Assembly: GCA_002633005.1 (NCBI GenBank)
Contig: NMRA01000138.1
Location: 679,963 to 743,962 of the forward strand
DNA length: 64,000 nt
Source: Phoronis australis
Lineage: Eukaryota > Animalia > Phoronida
Direction: 5' to 3'
A program made the position numbers and the translations under genes. A model generated the notes under the pieces. The model saw only the letters and a list, made by a program, of their open reading frames with translations. It did no database searches and had not been told where the DNA came from. Positions 1 through 13,500 of this stretch are shown here, one piece after another. Positions within the stretch are counted from its first letter, which is position 1, and each line of letters starts with the position of its first letter.

Positions 1-2449
1 CCTATATAGTGTGTCACTCTCATTTTACAAAACAAATTCAAAAAAACCAAATCCCAACTTTGTTTCATACCTCCGAAAGAAAGTTAACACTAGTGACATT
101 TGTTTTGTAACTGACCTATGTTTCCCGTACTTGGAAGGTATTGAGGAGCAAACTCGAATTACCAGATGGAAACCCGCATGGAGTCGGGAATTATTTCGAG
201 GCTGTTCATTTCATGGAAAACTAGTTGTTGAGTACGCAAACAGCATAAGTTCCAAATTTTTGTTGTAAAATTTGCACTGAATTGTTCCTGCGCATCCAAA
301 TACGTCATTCAGTTAGGTCATTGTTTCACGGAATTTTTTCGACAGATATTTTTCAAAGATCGAGTTAAGTAGCAAAATTTGGGCTGCGAACAAAAAGTGG
401 AGGGAATTTGCACTCCGAGTTCGATTCTTTAACGACTTTGATGACAGCCAGTAACAGGTTAGACCTTGCAAAATCGCAGATACTTTGTTAACGGGCATTT
501 TCTCCCTTTTCACATCGCAAATTTAGCTACTCGAATGCACATTTCAGTTAGAGAGCACTGATTCAACTTTGACGTCGGCAACTTGCCTTGCGCTCTAAGG
601 CCTTTCAATGGCGGTCGTGAAGAAGAGTAACGCCGTACCTGCATGAACGAACTCAATTTTGCTATATACTATTTGTGAGTATTTAACGCTGCAGCTAAGA
701 GCATCATCTAAACATTTTCTTGGTGATCTAAAAACAATTTTGGTGCGTAAAAATGGCGGGAAAATTTTGCGACCTAGCATTTATCAATGCGAGCTGGATT
801 TTGAAAATGCGACCTTGGATTTTGGCTAGATTGTTTTATCAGTGTGAGTCATAAATCGCCAAAAAGCTTCTGGTGTATGAAGGCCCTATGGTAGAGATGG
901 TGGCACTGTTTACGCACCCCCCAACTGTTTACGTACGCACCCCCGAAAAGTGGGAGACTTATAGACAGTGACCACCATCCTACTGGCACGTAGGACGGTG
1001 GAGCTCCTACAGGTGCTGACTCGACGGGGTGTATACAATATCTGGAAGTCCACCAGCACTTGTCTTGCGCGTTACAACCATAAGGTTATGTTGGAGCCTA
1101 GAAAAGTGTCCAATTTTAGCTGAGATCAGAAATGGTTGATAGGATTCATGTGAATCTTCCATGCATTGTTCTACAAAACACTGTTTGGAAATATTTCTAC
1201 GATATTCCACTTTTTGCATTCATTGGCTATTAAAAACTGTGACTTTTATGATTCTCATTAAAACCCTATAAAGTTGACGTATAAAACAAACTGAAATGAT
1301 ACTTTAGGGAAGTGTAGTAACGTTTTGAGATCTACATGAAATAAAAGTTAATTAATGCTATTGATAATGTTGTTTTGCTGTTGATGTACCTAAAGTTTCT
1401 TTTTTGCTAAATTTTACTTGAAAGACATGATCACATGACACAACTAGTGGCAGATTGATAAAAAGTCAAAAATAGAATTCTTTGTGTCACAAAATATACA
1501 CACGTGTATATATGTTGCTAAATACACCAACTTGTCCATTAAGTTCTACTAAGATGAAAACAATCTCATGAACATTATTTTGTTGTGCATCAGTCTGTGG
1601 GTTTTGTAACAAAGAAAAGCTGTCATCGACAGCACGCTCATGAGACATACCACCTGTACAATTTGTCGGTAGATTGCCGAAATTCTGTTTTCTGTTAACG
1701 AAATACTTGAAACAGAACAATAAAACCAATCCCTGTAACTTATGAATAGTGTACAGTCTAGTGAAAAAGGAAATACTTAATTCAAAGACTTGCCAAAAAT
1801 GGAACACATAACCAAGGTTGGCTTATTTACATCACAGTCAGTGGCATCGCTATCTGATGCCCAACTGGGTATCATAATCTTACAAGAATTTGAAAAATCA
1901 GTTTGTTTTCAGTCACATCAAAATCTTTTCCACATTTCTGTGAAAAGCTGATTTTTTTGATTTTTTAGCAGAACTTTAGTGGTTGTGTCACGGCAGTTTG
2001 TGTATGGTTTTATTCTTATGCTGTTGTATATCCCAGTTGTTTTGTTGGTGGAATCCATTTCAGTTCAAGCTGGTCTCATAAGTGTGCAAAGTATGAATAC
2101 AATACCCATTTAATATGAAGCGTAATTCTCTTTATCAAGACTGTTAATTATCAAACATCTCATCCAATTACTGATTGGTTATGTACATATAATTTGTATT
2201 GTGACCAGTTTGCTATTGTTTTAGGACTGGTAGCTAAAGCACTAAGGTTCTACATAAATACCCTAAACTCAAACTCTCTTTAGTACCTGTTATTGATTAC
2301 TTTTTCTGGTTTACCTGGATTTTATTATCCCACTAATCAGATTATTGAATTCTGCAGTGTTTGGATCAATATTCATTGTATTTCTTGTTTAGAAATACCC
2401 TGTTATCCTGGCTTAATGGCTGTCCTATTAAATTGTGACTTTTGTTATT

Positions 2450-2720
2450 ACTGGTATTGTCTTGTACTCCATCCAGCACATACATTATATGATAGAACTC
2501 TTAACAACTGGCATTGTCTTGTACTCCATCCAGCACATACATTATATGATAGAACTCTTAACAACTGGTATTGTCTTGTACCCCACCCACCACATACATT
2601 ATATGATAGAACTCTTAACAACTGGTATTGTCTCGTACCCCAGCCACCACATACATTATATGGTAGAACTCTTAACAACTGGCATTGTCTTGTACTCCAT
2701 CCACCACACACATTATATGA
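2450..2720. repeat. 57-bp minisatellite (about 4.7 copies; one more unit at about 3768-3826)
   Basis: Unit actggtattgtcttgtactccatccagcacatacattatatgatagaactcttaaca; explains the repetitive ORFs at 2293-2815. Confidence 0.95.
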
Positions 2721-2721
2721 T

Positions 2722-3768
2722 CCCTTATGAAAAAGCTTCAGGAATTCTAATCCCGAAAGCCAGTGAGAATCTCACTGGATTCCTGTTAGATTCCAGTGAG
2801 AATCTAACTAATTAAGATGCCATTTAAATTGGTGAGAAAAAAATCTCACTCTAGTGAGAATACAATGATATCCAGTTAGAATTCACTGAGGATCTAACTA
2901 ATTTGCATAGCATTCCCACTCAGTGAAAATGTGTGTTACTGAAATTCTCACTGAGTTAAAATCTCACTAGGTGAGAACTTAGAAAATTTTGTGTGTGCCT
3001 TTTGTACAGCCACTGACTGAATAGATGAGAGATCAAAGCTTTTTTGATAACCAAAACAATGCTTATTTTTGTGAGTTTATCTTGAAAGGATACAATTTAA
3101 TTCCAGCTTGTGAAATATAGCAGACATAAACTAACAACTATAATGCCTTTGGTGAATCAGCAACATGCTGAAAACTCAGCCGTCAACACAGAATGAAGAC
3201 ACCAGTCTAATACTCATGCTTCATGCACTCTACTAGATGTATGAAATGTACTAACCTTAAGCTTATTAACACACAAAATCAGTCCAGGGTCCCCACTGGT
3301 TGACTTGCAGACATACTGTTCAGTAATTTCACAATATTTGTGAGAAAAACATCAACAATGTTCAAGCTATTTCTCCAACTGCTCATTTCTGGCACCATTT
3401 TATCGGTAGTTTAAATTCAGAAATCTGGTTCAACTGAAATTTCCACAGTTACAGCCAATCAGGGTGTTTGTTTATCTTAAATTCTCACTGAATTCTCACT
3501 TCAATTTTGGCAAGTCCAAATTCTCACTCAATTCTCACTCATATTTTTTCTGAGTCTGAAATTCTCACTGATTCTCACTCAGAATTTTCTGAGACCAAAA
3601 TTCTCACTGGATTCTCACTGTTACATAACATTTTCTCTCATTCTCACTGACTGCCCCTGTTGTTCAATTCCCACTGGGATCTCACTGGCATTTCTAACTA
3701 TAATTGGTGATTTAGTGAGAATCTAACTGGAATCTAACTGGAATCCAGTGAGATTCTCACTTGCTTTC
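2722..3768. mobile_element. Foldback/MITE-type non-autonomous DNA transposon inserted in the minisatellite
   Basis: About 57-bp inverted repeats starting gaaagccagtgagaatctcactggattcc (2755) and ending ggaatccagtgagattctcacttgctttc (3768); many GTGAGAA/TTCTCAC subterminal motifs. Confidence 0.8.
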
Positions 3769-4410
3769 TCTTAACAACTGGTATTGTCTTGTACTCCATT
3801 CAGCACACACATTATGTGGTAGAACTTTTTTCTGTCTTGCCAATTGGAAATGATGTTATTGTAGTTAAGCGAGTTTTACGCTTATGATTGGTTCTTGTTC
3901 AGTCTGTAACATCGTTATTCACAAATGTACACTTTTAAAAACAAAAGAAGTATGCCTTGTGTGTTTATTTGTATTAGCAACACATTTAGCTAGTGATCAG
4001 TTGTAAGAAATAAAAATTTTATATAAAAACCATCAGTTTCACTTCTTGGTTATGCCCATTTTTTCTGTTGACAAAATTAATGCCAGATCTACCTCAATGT
4101 TCCAGAATATATTTTGCATCATCCCGTGCTTGCATAGTGATTTCTGCATTGTTTTCTTGGATTCCAAGAAAATATAACGTAGGTTAGGTCCCCAGTATGT
4201 GGAAGTGTAGGACTAACATTGTTATGGCTAGTAAAGCTAATATACTCATCAAGTTTGTTTTTTAATTGCATGAAAAGTTTTGAATTGTTTATTTTTTTTT
4301 CACTATGTTGTTATGTTATTTCATTTTTGTTAAAAACATTTTGTTTTTAATTTACAGATTTCCAGTTATCTGAGCAACCATGACATACAATCTTATCTAG
4401 TCACTACAAG

Positions 4411-4557
4411 ATGGATTACGTTGGCAGTATATCCGTGCTGGATCGCGGCGATGGTCCAGCGCAGGCGATACTGGACAAAAATGCCCGAGCTTTGGCAACC
4501 AGAGTCACAAATGAGACACGAGAGCAGCTGGATGAAGTCTTAACAAGGGTCGATAAT
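4411..4557 (+). CDS. Coding exon 1 (MDYVGSISVLDRGDGPAQAILDKNARALATRVTNETREQLDEVLTRVDN)
   Basis: aagATGG start; acceptor tttacag ending at 4357 implies an upstream non-coding exon; donor AAT|gtaagt, phase 0. Confidence 0.9.
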
Positions 4558-7500
4558 GTAAGTAGAGTCAGATGTTTTCATCCGGTGAAACACAACAACC
4601 ACTTTGACACAATACTATACTTTTAAGTTTAAAAACATTGAGAATACAGTCAAACACTTTCTGCATGTCACAAAGTGATATGGTCACAGCTGACCAGCAG
4701 TGTCACAAAGTGGTATGGTTACAGCTGACCAGCAGCCAATTAACAAATTGTCAGACAGTGGTTACAGTTGTCACAAATAAACAAGTGATTGGGAAAATTT
4801 TTATGGATATGTAGTGTTTATAGACATTATAATTCGTTCAATGGTTTTGGATTTTCTGTTTAACTTTAGCACTATTTGCACTAGTGAATCAGGTCACATG
4901 GAGGGAGTTGAAAAAAATTAACAGGGAATGAGTTGCTACAGCAGTGTCAATTTTGTGGGCATCTTTGATCTTAAAGGTAGATCAACCTGTGCCTGATCAT
5001 GTCGTTCTAGGTCAACTATACCGGTATACATGTAAGCGCAAATTTGGGCAAGGCGAATGTGATCATGTTACCTGCACTTGTGCAATAGCATACATACAGG
5101 TGACCATTGTCACGCCATATCTACACCTGACTTCCTTTGCCCTTTACCTGTTTTGTTAGACCTTTGCCAATTTACAAGCTTTCCTGCCTTAAGTTTGCAA
5201 AACATGCGTTATATTCTCTTTCTCAATTTGAATTGCAACTCCCGCCATTTGTGGCCTTGACCTTGTGCACTCCACATTCCTGCCTGCAACTTCTGCTTAA
5301 GTCATCGTTTCTGAGTTGTGTATGTAAATGGCTGCATTATACCAATTGTCTTGTGGCGTCTGTGTCAGGTGCCACGGTTAACGCCTAAACAGGGCCTTGT
5401 CGCTTTCATGAATATCTATTTTGCTGAACAGTCTTGGTGAGTGTTGTATAATTTAATGATTTAACGTCTGTGATTTTCAGATTTATGGTAACTTTGAAAT
5501 GACAGAGCAGATGTTCCAGCAAGGAAATGTTGGTAGAATGGAATACTTTGATGATCTGGTAAGTTAATCTATTGTTATTTGATTAATGTTTAAATCCCAA
5601 CATTATAGAGTTCCAAGTTGTTCATTCTGCTGTATATTGCAAGAATTGTCATCTTGAATATTCACAATATGTTTTTCCTAAAACTGAGGGATTACTTTTG
5701 CCAAATTGTAGAAATTAACAAAACATGACAACTTGTGCAATTTGACAACAAATGCTCTGAAACTTGCATTGAATGTCAGACGTTTGCCAGTGTATCAATT
5801 TTTCGGCACCTGCTGGTTAAATTCTCACGCCTGAGTGAACATTCATATGCAAAATTTGTTTGATTTCTTTGCAAAATCTGCCTGAAACCCTATTGTGTCA
5901 GGTTATCTAATTCTTAAACCACAATTACAAGGGAGATGACAAACTTAGATGGAACAGCTCATCGGGCACAGGTGTGTGTGTGTAACTACGACTGACATGG
6001 AGCAAGTTGACATTGCATTGGCCATATTTGACAATGGTTTGAGAAGTAGAGCAAGTTGCACTGAATCAGTTGATCCAGTTATACACTGCTAAACACAAAA
6101 TGGGACTTTGCAGAAGCTATCATCTCTGTTACGCTTCCGTAATAGCGTATGTATGGGTGATTTGCTAGCATTCCATGTGGTTTGGACAGTCTTCATGTAA
6201 ATGACTCATGCTGATCCAGTTTGTGATCTGATGTGTAAAAGTGGCTAAAGTGGAGCAAGTTGCACCGTGAAAACTTGCTCCATGACTGCTGTTCCTCGTG
6301 AAAAAAATAGCAGACGACTAATAGTTCACCTGTTTAGCTCTCGTTATGGAAGAAAAATTTATTTGGTCAAAAATAAAGATCAAGAAATTTTTTAGTCTAT
6401 AACTTGCTTTATTTGTATTCGTAGATGTCTCAAAACAATGCAATGCAAAGTTTGTATTATTTGTAGTGAGGTAGTCAGGGTTTGAAAAATAGGAAACTAA
6501 CAATTTTAACAATTATTTTTGTTTGCAATTAGTGAACATTAACCGTAAGTTCTGATGAATGCAGTAAACCGTTCATGAGTAAAATCCAATTGGAATTTGT
6601 GAGAAGTCTCAAACATGCAAGAGTTTGTATTTCTAGATGTTGATGGACACAGTGTTTGCATTGTCTGTTCAGGATCATAGCTCTTTTAAAACTTTGCACA
6701 AACGTCAATGATAATTTGAGAAAAACACAATTGCGAGTCTAAGCAAATAAGCTATGGTACAGCTGAATGCAATTTACGTCTACACAAAATCGAAATAGTT
6801 TTATGTCATCAGTGAAATGAATGAGATTTGTTTACTTTTCAGTCGGAATTAGAGGAATTACTGCGAGATTCAATAAAAAAGAAAAAGGTAAGCAAATACA
6901 TTAAGTGTCTTATATTGAATGTATTCTATTTTTACCACCGTTTAGAGTCATGTTAGCCAATTGGTCCACTTCTCTGCAAATTTATACTAACACTGACTGT
7001 GGCTTTGTCTTTTTGGTTCTGTCTTATTACTTGGCGAAATAAATTTCGCCAAGTATGTTGCTCTGTCGTCAAGTTTTTTTATTTTTTTTGTTCTTTTTTC
7101 TTGTTCGCATTCTACAGGTTGCAATTTTTGTCCTATCCACACGAAATTTACACACACAACGTGTAGCTCCAGAAGTGCTGGAAGCCTATTGTTTTTGGTC
7201 ATGATGGGATCCAAGATGGCGGACATGGTGGCCATTTTGTTTCCGATTTCTGATTCAGCTGCTCATAAAACCCGCAATTTTTGACGTATCGGGCTCAAAC
7301 TCGGCACAAATATGAAACAGTCCAGTTCCTCCGAATTTTCTAGAAATCATTTACTTCCAGTTAAAAATGGCGGAAATATCGGCAATGACCCATGCGCACC
7401 TCAATTTCGGGAAAGAACATTTTCTCCTGTAGAGGGCACATTATTGGACCAATTGCTTCGACATTTTTCAGGTATTAGTTTCTTTCAAGATGGTGGATCT

Positions 7501-10500
7501 GGCGCATGTTGACCCATTTTCAGTCGTGCTGGAGTGCCATTTTAAACGGGAAGAGAGAATGACGTGAATTGCTGCATGTGGATTCTTTGAAGTATAACCT
7601 TTCAAATGACCTGTAACAATTTTTTTCTCAGACTTACTGTTTTTGAGTTATTTGACTTTGAATTTCTTAAAAACAGGCCAAATTTCATTTTTTTTTGACA
7701 AATTTACGGAATTGTGTGATACTATCAATTTAGATAGAGTTTCAAACGGACTTTCAGAAAATTTTTTCCATTTTTCGCTAGGGCATATACTTTTCGAGTT
7801 ATTTGAGATTTTCTGATAGCGTTGTTCCTTTGTTAAGTGCTCTTGCTGCATTGATGTTGGTTTAGGTTCTATTGAACTAGACTGTAGTCTATTTCTTATT
7901 GATTTATGACATCTAAGTTCGGCATATGAATGTTATGTTGTTGATCATCGCCTCCACCATCATCATATTCGTCATCTTCGTCATCATCTCCGACGTCGTC
8001 TTTTCTTCAGTTAATTTCGCCAAGTGTCGCTCCTCGGAGCGCTTTCATTTTATATACTGTATTTATGGATCACTCTTTTGGAAATATGGTAGGCCTACCC
8101 ATGTTTTTCCTGATGAAAATTCTACTGGGGACTACCGTAAACGTTCGGGTTAACGCCCTGGGCGGTTAAATTGGCAAACCCAAAAAATCGGGGGTGGGCG
8201 GTTAACCAGACATGGGCGCTTAAACGTGAAACTTCAAAAAATCCAGGGTGGGCGGTTAACCGAACATGGGCGCTTATTACGACAGGCAAGCGCCCTGGGC
8301 GGTTAATCTTACCTCGTGATCGAAGTACCCACACCACACACGTAGGCCTACTCGGAACGCGTAGCACTTATCAACGAGCGTTATCGTCACGTCGCCACAT
8401 GACGGGAAAAATGTCATAACAGCGGATGATCCTAACAAAGGTTATCATGCCCTCAGATTAGTTATTCACTATTAAATTTACAGAATTGCTGAGTAATAGC
8501 CCCGTGCCGTCCTGCAGTCTTGTTATTTAGCCCTGTAGAGCGCAGACGACCAGTGACCACGCAGCCTCTACTTGGATTGCAACTATTTCATCTTGCTAAA
8601 GTGCGCGCGTGCAAGCTTCACTTGTTGCAGAGGTCACAGCAGACATCAAATTNNNNNNNNNNNNNNNNNNNNNNNNNNNNNNNNNNNNNNNNNNNNNNNN
8701 NNNNNNNNNNNNNNNNNNNNNNNNNNNNNNNNNNNNNNNNNNNNNNNNNNNNNNNNNNNNNNNNNNNNNNNNNNNNNNNNNNNNNNNNNNNNNNNNNNNN
8801 NNNNNNNNNNNNNNNNNNNNNNNNNNNNNNNNNNNNNNNNNNNNNNNNNNNNNNNNNNNNNNNNNNNNNNNNNNNNNNNNNNNNNNNNNNNNNNNNNNNN
8901 NNNNNNNNNNNNNNNNNNNNNNNNNNNNNNNNNNNNNNNNNNNNNNNNNNNNNNNNNNNNNNNNNNNNNNNNNNNNNNNNNNNNNNNNNNNNNNNNNNNN
9001 NNNNNNNNNNNNNNNNNNNNNNNNNNNNNNNNNNNNNNNNNNNNNNNNNNNNNNNNNNNNNNNNNNNNNNNNNNNNNNNNNNNNNNNNNNNNNNNNNNNN
9101 NNNNNNNNNNNNNNNNNNNNNNNNNNNNNNNNNNNNNNNNNNNNNNNNNNNNNNNNNNNNNNNNNNGAAAACTCAGCGCGGCAGACAAAGTCGCTGAAAG
9201 CGGAGGTTTTGACGCCGGCGGCGTTCTTAAACTTTGCAAACATGGGAAGAAAATAAAGTGACAAAAACGTTCAAGTATTATATTTTGAAGTGAGTCCATG
9301 ACCCAAGACAATAACTCGTTACTTGTATAATTGCAATTCACATTGCTAAACCACCGTCTCGGAGGCCCGGCATCGTTGCACTCATTGTGATCATCGACCT
9401 TTTTCTAAATGTCGGGGAATCGCGCATTTCCTTAGCACTGGGCGCTAAATCTTCATTGTTTAAAAGTCGGGGATGGGCGCTTAACCGAGAGGTGGGCGCT
9501 TAACTGGAAATCTTCAAAAATCGCAGGGGGGCGCTTAACCTAGCAGTGGGCGGTTAAATCGAAAATCCACCTAAAGTAGGGGGTGGGCGGTTAACTGAGC
9601 ATGGGCGTTAACCCGAACGTTTACGGTAGAAAGGCATTAAAACTGGGGAATCTTCATGTATTTAGGATACAGTATGGAAGACAAGTGGAATTGTGTTTTG
9701 TCAAACTTCTCAACAAAAATGATGATTGAAAAATTCTAGTCCGCTATAGCTTGTTACGTGTAGTTTCATTAAACCACATTTGGATATTAATTTCCATTTT
9801 TTCCAGCAATGTAATCAGCCTTTACAAAGTAGAAATTAAAATTACAATTGCTGCAGTTTTCGTGCAACTTAGTAAAGAGCTATCGTAGTATCTTTTTGTC
9901 ATTTGTTTTGAGATACCTTCTACAAAATGAAATGTGTAAGGCTTTCTGTTTGGAAGTACAGTGACGTTTTCAAGCTTCTATAGTACAGCGCTGTGTGCTG
10001 CCATGTGGAACATACCATCTCACTAGGTTTTACTTGAATACATTAGTTAGTTAAGGAAACATTTTACACTGATGAAGGCCGTGTACATATCTCTGAGGCC
10101 ATCTATTGACAGAAGTAGGAACTGCGTAAATACTGGAATTTTCATGTTTGTCACAATGCATATATTTGTTCCACAAGTTCCATTTCTACAGCAGTCTACA
10201 TCTTCAGTTGAACGTTGTTTTTAATTTTAGCTTAAGTTACAATAATGTATCGTTCTGCAGTAATAGAAATTTTTGTGTGTTTTCATGTGGCTTCCATATT
10301 TTATACACTTGCTCCCTTGCCTATCTTTATCAAGTGTTATCATAGTGAAGCTTGCAGATTGAAGCATCCATGTGCATTTAATGTCTTGGTATACAACGCC
10401 ATCTGTTTGTTTGTTACAGTATCAACACCAGATCACTATCTTCATTGTTGGTTATGAGAATGTGTGTGGACAGAAACTGAAGCTATTACAACAAGTGAAT

Positions 10501-13500
10501 GATGTAAGCACTGCAGCCATAGCGTGTCTAAATTCTCTTAGACACAGCTACGTTCTAATACTGGGAATTTATGGTTGTAATTCCCAGGGTGTATATTAGA
10601 AAATCAACTCATTTTACATTTCTGGTACACCAAGAAGTAAGCCTTAGGGTACATTTGGAAACTTGGGGCCTTTATATTGCATCATAAGATAAGTCATGAT
10701 AGTGTTTGTTGGGTTGCAATTAATGTATAATTTCTGAGCATGAATATGAACACGAACCTCAAAGTCATTGATGTACTAATGACAGCTGACAGAAAATATG
10801 AGAAAAGTCTTAATTTTTGACTGCCAATTGCCGACACTGTTCCTTTTGTTTTGAACCTACCCCTTGAACCTACACTCGGGGGCTGTGCTTGCTTGGAAAA
10901 ATTCTCGGGTAGATTTGAAGTTGATACTCAGTTGATCAGGATGCTGTTGTTGGGAATGTAAACCATTTAGGTATTGGAATTTAACTTTTGCTTCCCTAGT
11001 AGGTAAAGTTTAATGTTGTCTAAAGTAGTATTTTGAATTTATGAAACCATGAAAAGAGTAAAAACTGCTTATTATAATTAATGTTTTTTAATTACTTGGT
11101 ACAAAGTAAATCAATGGATATTACTGCTCATCTAGTGACAACTGAATTTTTGGTTTGAATTCTCAATTACGTTCAGTAAAGAATTATGATTTTCCATATA
11201 TTTCATAACAAAATCAACTTTTTAGATCGAGTCTTTACATTTTAAATTTGGTTTAAAGCGAGATTGTGCATGTCTCCATCTTGGGAGTCCCTATCATGTT
11301 GAGAGACGCTCAGTGGCAAGTCTTGTCTTTTAAGATATTGCCTTTTGTCAGAATAAATTAGTCACCAGTTCTGAAATAAGATGTCTTAAAGTTTTGCTGT
11401 TAAATCTTGAGCGTGGTGAAGCTCATTGAGAGTATTTTTGACATACTAGTGTCTCAACCTTGTTTCACGGTAGTTTAAATTTGCAGATTTCGGGCCTTCT
11501 AAAAGCATGTGACTGCTGCTTGAGTTCAAAGTGAAGTGCTCAAAATAGCAGCAACACTGGCTGGAGGAATTTTAATATGTGCTATTTGTTAGACATACTT
11601 GTGAATTACCAGTAGTGACCCCTGGTGGCTGCTTTTCTTACATTCAAAGAGTACATTCCATCTCACCAATAATTCTTGTGAGTTAACTGTTGTGGGTTGG
11701 TATCAAGCCATGTGACAAAATTTAGAATTTGTTTTTACATAAGTCCTGCTACCTGATGAAAAAGTTCCTTGTTTGGTAGTTTAATTTATTCATTCAATAA
11801 TTCCAGTTCTTCATGGACACCACCAACAAGTTTGATGATGAAACCATTAATCCCAAACCTCAGTCACCAGAGCTCAATGTGGAAGAGGCAAGCAAAGCTG
11901 TTGAGGATTCGTTGACAACTGCCAATGAATTGACCAATAAGCTTGAAGAGATTAACAAGGAAATGGTCGACTATCTGACGTCATACGCTCACAACAAAGC
12001 GGGAAACAAGTAAGAGTGGTTTGCATTGTTGTACAGTTGTTTTTATAATATAAAATATTTTTTCCAATTTAATATGAAAGAAAATTCTCTTCATTGTTTG
12101 CTGCATTTTAGTCACTTATTCAAAGCCACATGCGGTGGCATCGTTGAAGACCGTCATTTTGTTTTGTTTCATTCTTAGTGACACATGGCAACACCACAGA
12201 CAGAATAGAGTTAATGGATTGTTTCTAGGGGAAAATCAACCTACCCTCGCTACATTAATTTATTTAAATTCCATACAGTACTGATTAAATCAAGCAAAAG
12301 TCACAAACTTAAAACTTTAATAAATCAACTTAGCAGTGATGAATCTTCTCGTTGAAGTAATCGGTGAACTTGATTCATTCCATAGTGTTATGATGCATAA
12401 TTAGGAATGCTAACTTACCAGCCCTGTATGTGATGGTACAACTGCCGTACACTTATTACCCACAATCGTTAGGGTATCACTTGTGGCTACCATAAATGAA
12501 TTCCAAGTCATTTCTTGGATTTACAAGGTCGTTATATTTGCATAAGACTCCGATTCAAAGGCTACAGTATTCGGTTCCATGAAACAGTCGCAAAAGGAGC
12601 TCGACTATGTTCCCTAAGTTTGCAACACCTAAACACTGATCGTCATTTCTTTGCTGTTTTTGCTACATTGCTATTTTAGATTTTAGATTTAATGCACAGT
12701 GAAACTAAACTCTTCGACATCGAATTTTTAACATTAGTGAAAATAAACAGAACTTTTCATGCAACGTTCCTAATAAGAGCTGTAGTCCTTACTTATTTTC
12801 ATTGAAATAAGGGCTCTGTTTTCATATATATGCATAATTTAGTTCAGTCTCTATTGGGATTGTTTCATGCAACCAGGCACTAATCTCGAACAAAAGATTG
12901 GTTGCTTTGTGAGTGTCTATTATTATTTTTCATCAGAAAAGCAAAAGACCTGTAAGATCGAGTGATGCTTAATCGCGTGTCTGCATGTGTCTCGTGAAGT
13001 TTGCTAGCGAGTGTGTGCCACAAAGCACACATGAGTTATTTAGTTTGCTAGAACGCATGCATGTTTGGCTACACATACAATTCATTGTCTTTTGTCCGCC
13101 AGAACGTCTACATTTCTTGTATGCCTAAGTAACTGTTGAGTACTTTACGAAAATGTGATAACTGTTTAAAACTTGTGGCTGTAGCATACTTTCTCATATG
13201 CACAACGATATTAAATGTTTTGTTTTCAATTTTTCCATTTTTGAATTTGTTTTACAAAGAAAATTACTTGCTTCAACAAATTGTTGTACCTTATCCAATC
13301 TGTTTTGTGGTGCTCCATGCAAACCAGGGCAGTGTTCAGCCTGTTTTCATATGCAGCCATTATCCTTTACTGTCCTAGGCATGCGGTGTTGAAGCACTTT
13401 CTGGCTTATGGCAAAATGGTGTTGAGGTAGCTAACTGTACTGAAATAAGCAGACAGTGTGTGTTTGAGCTTCATCCAGTGCTATCAAGTGTCAACTCTTG

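Noticed and set aside
1-960. CpG-richer stretch with transposon-end-like motifs (tggtgtatgaaggccct; ggtggcactgtttacgcacccc)
   Set aside because: Partner ends are not visible in the window, so neither element boundaries nor a promoter can be supported.
2293-2815. Repetitive ORFs of 87-145 aa on both strands
   Set aside because: They are translations of a 57-bp (3n) minisatellite and have no splice-phase link to the gene.
3835-4190. Possible proximal promoter and non-coding first exon (CCAAT/ATTGG, ttagcaac, donor AG|gttagg)
   Set aside because: Motifs are short and degenerate; the leader exon cannot be placed without transcript data.
8520-9341. Long ORFs of 215-231 aa
   Set aside because: Artefacts of translating the N gap.
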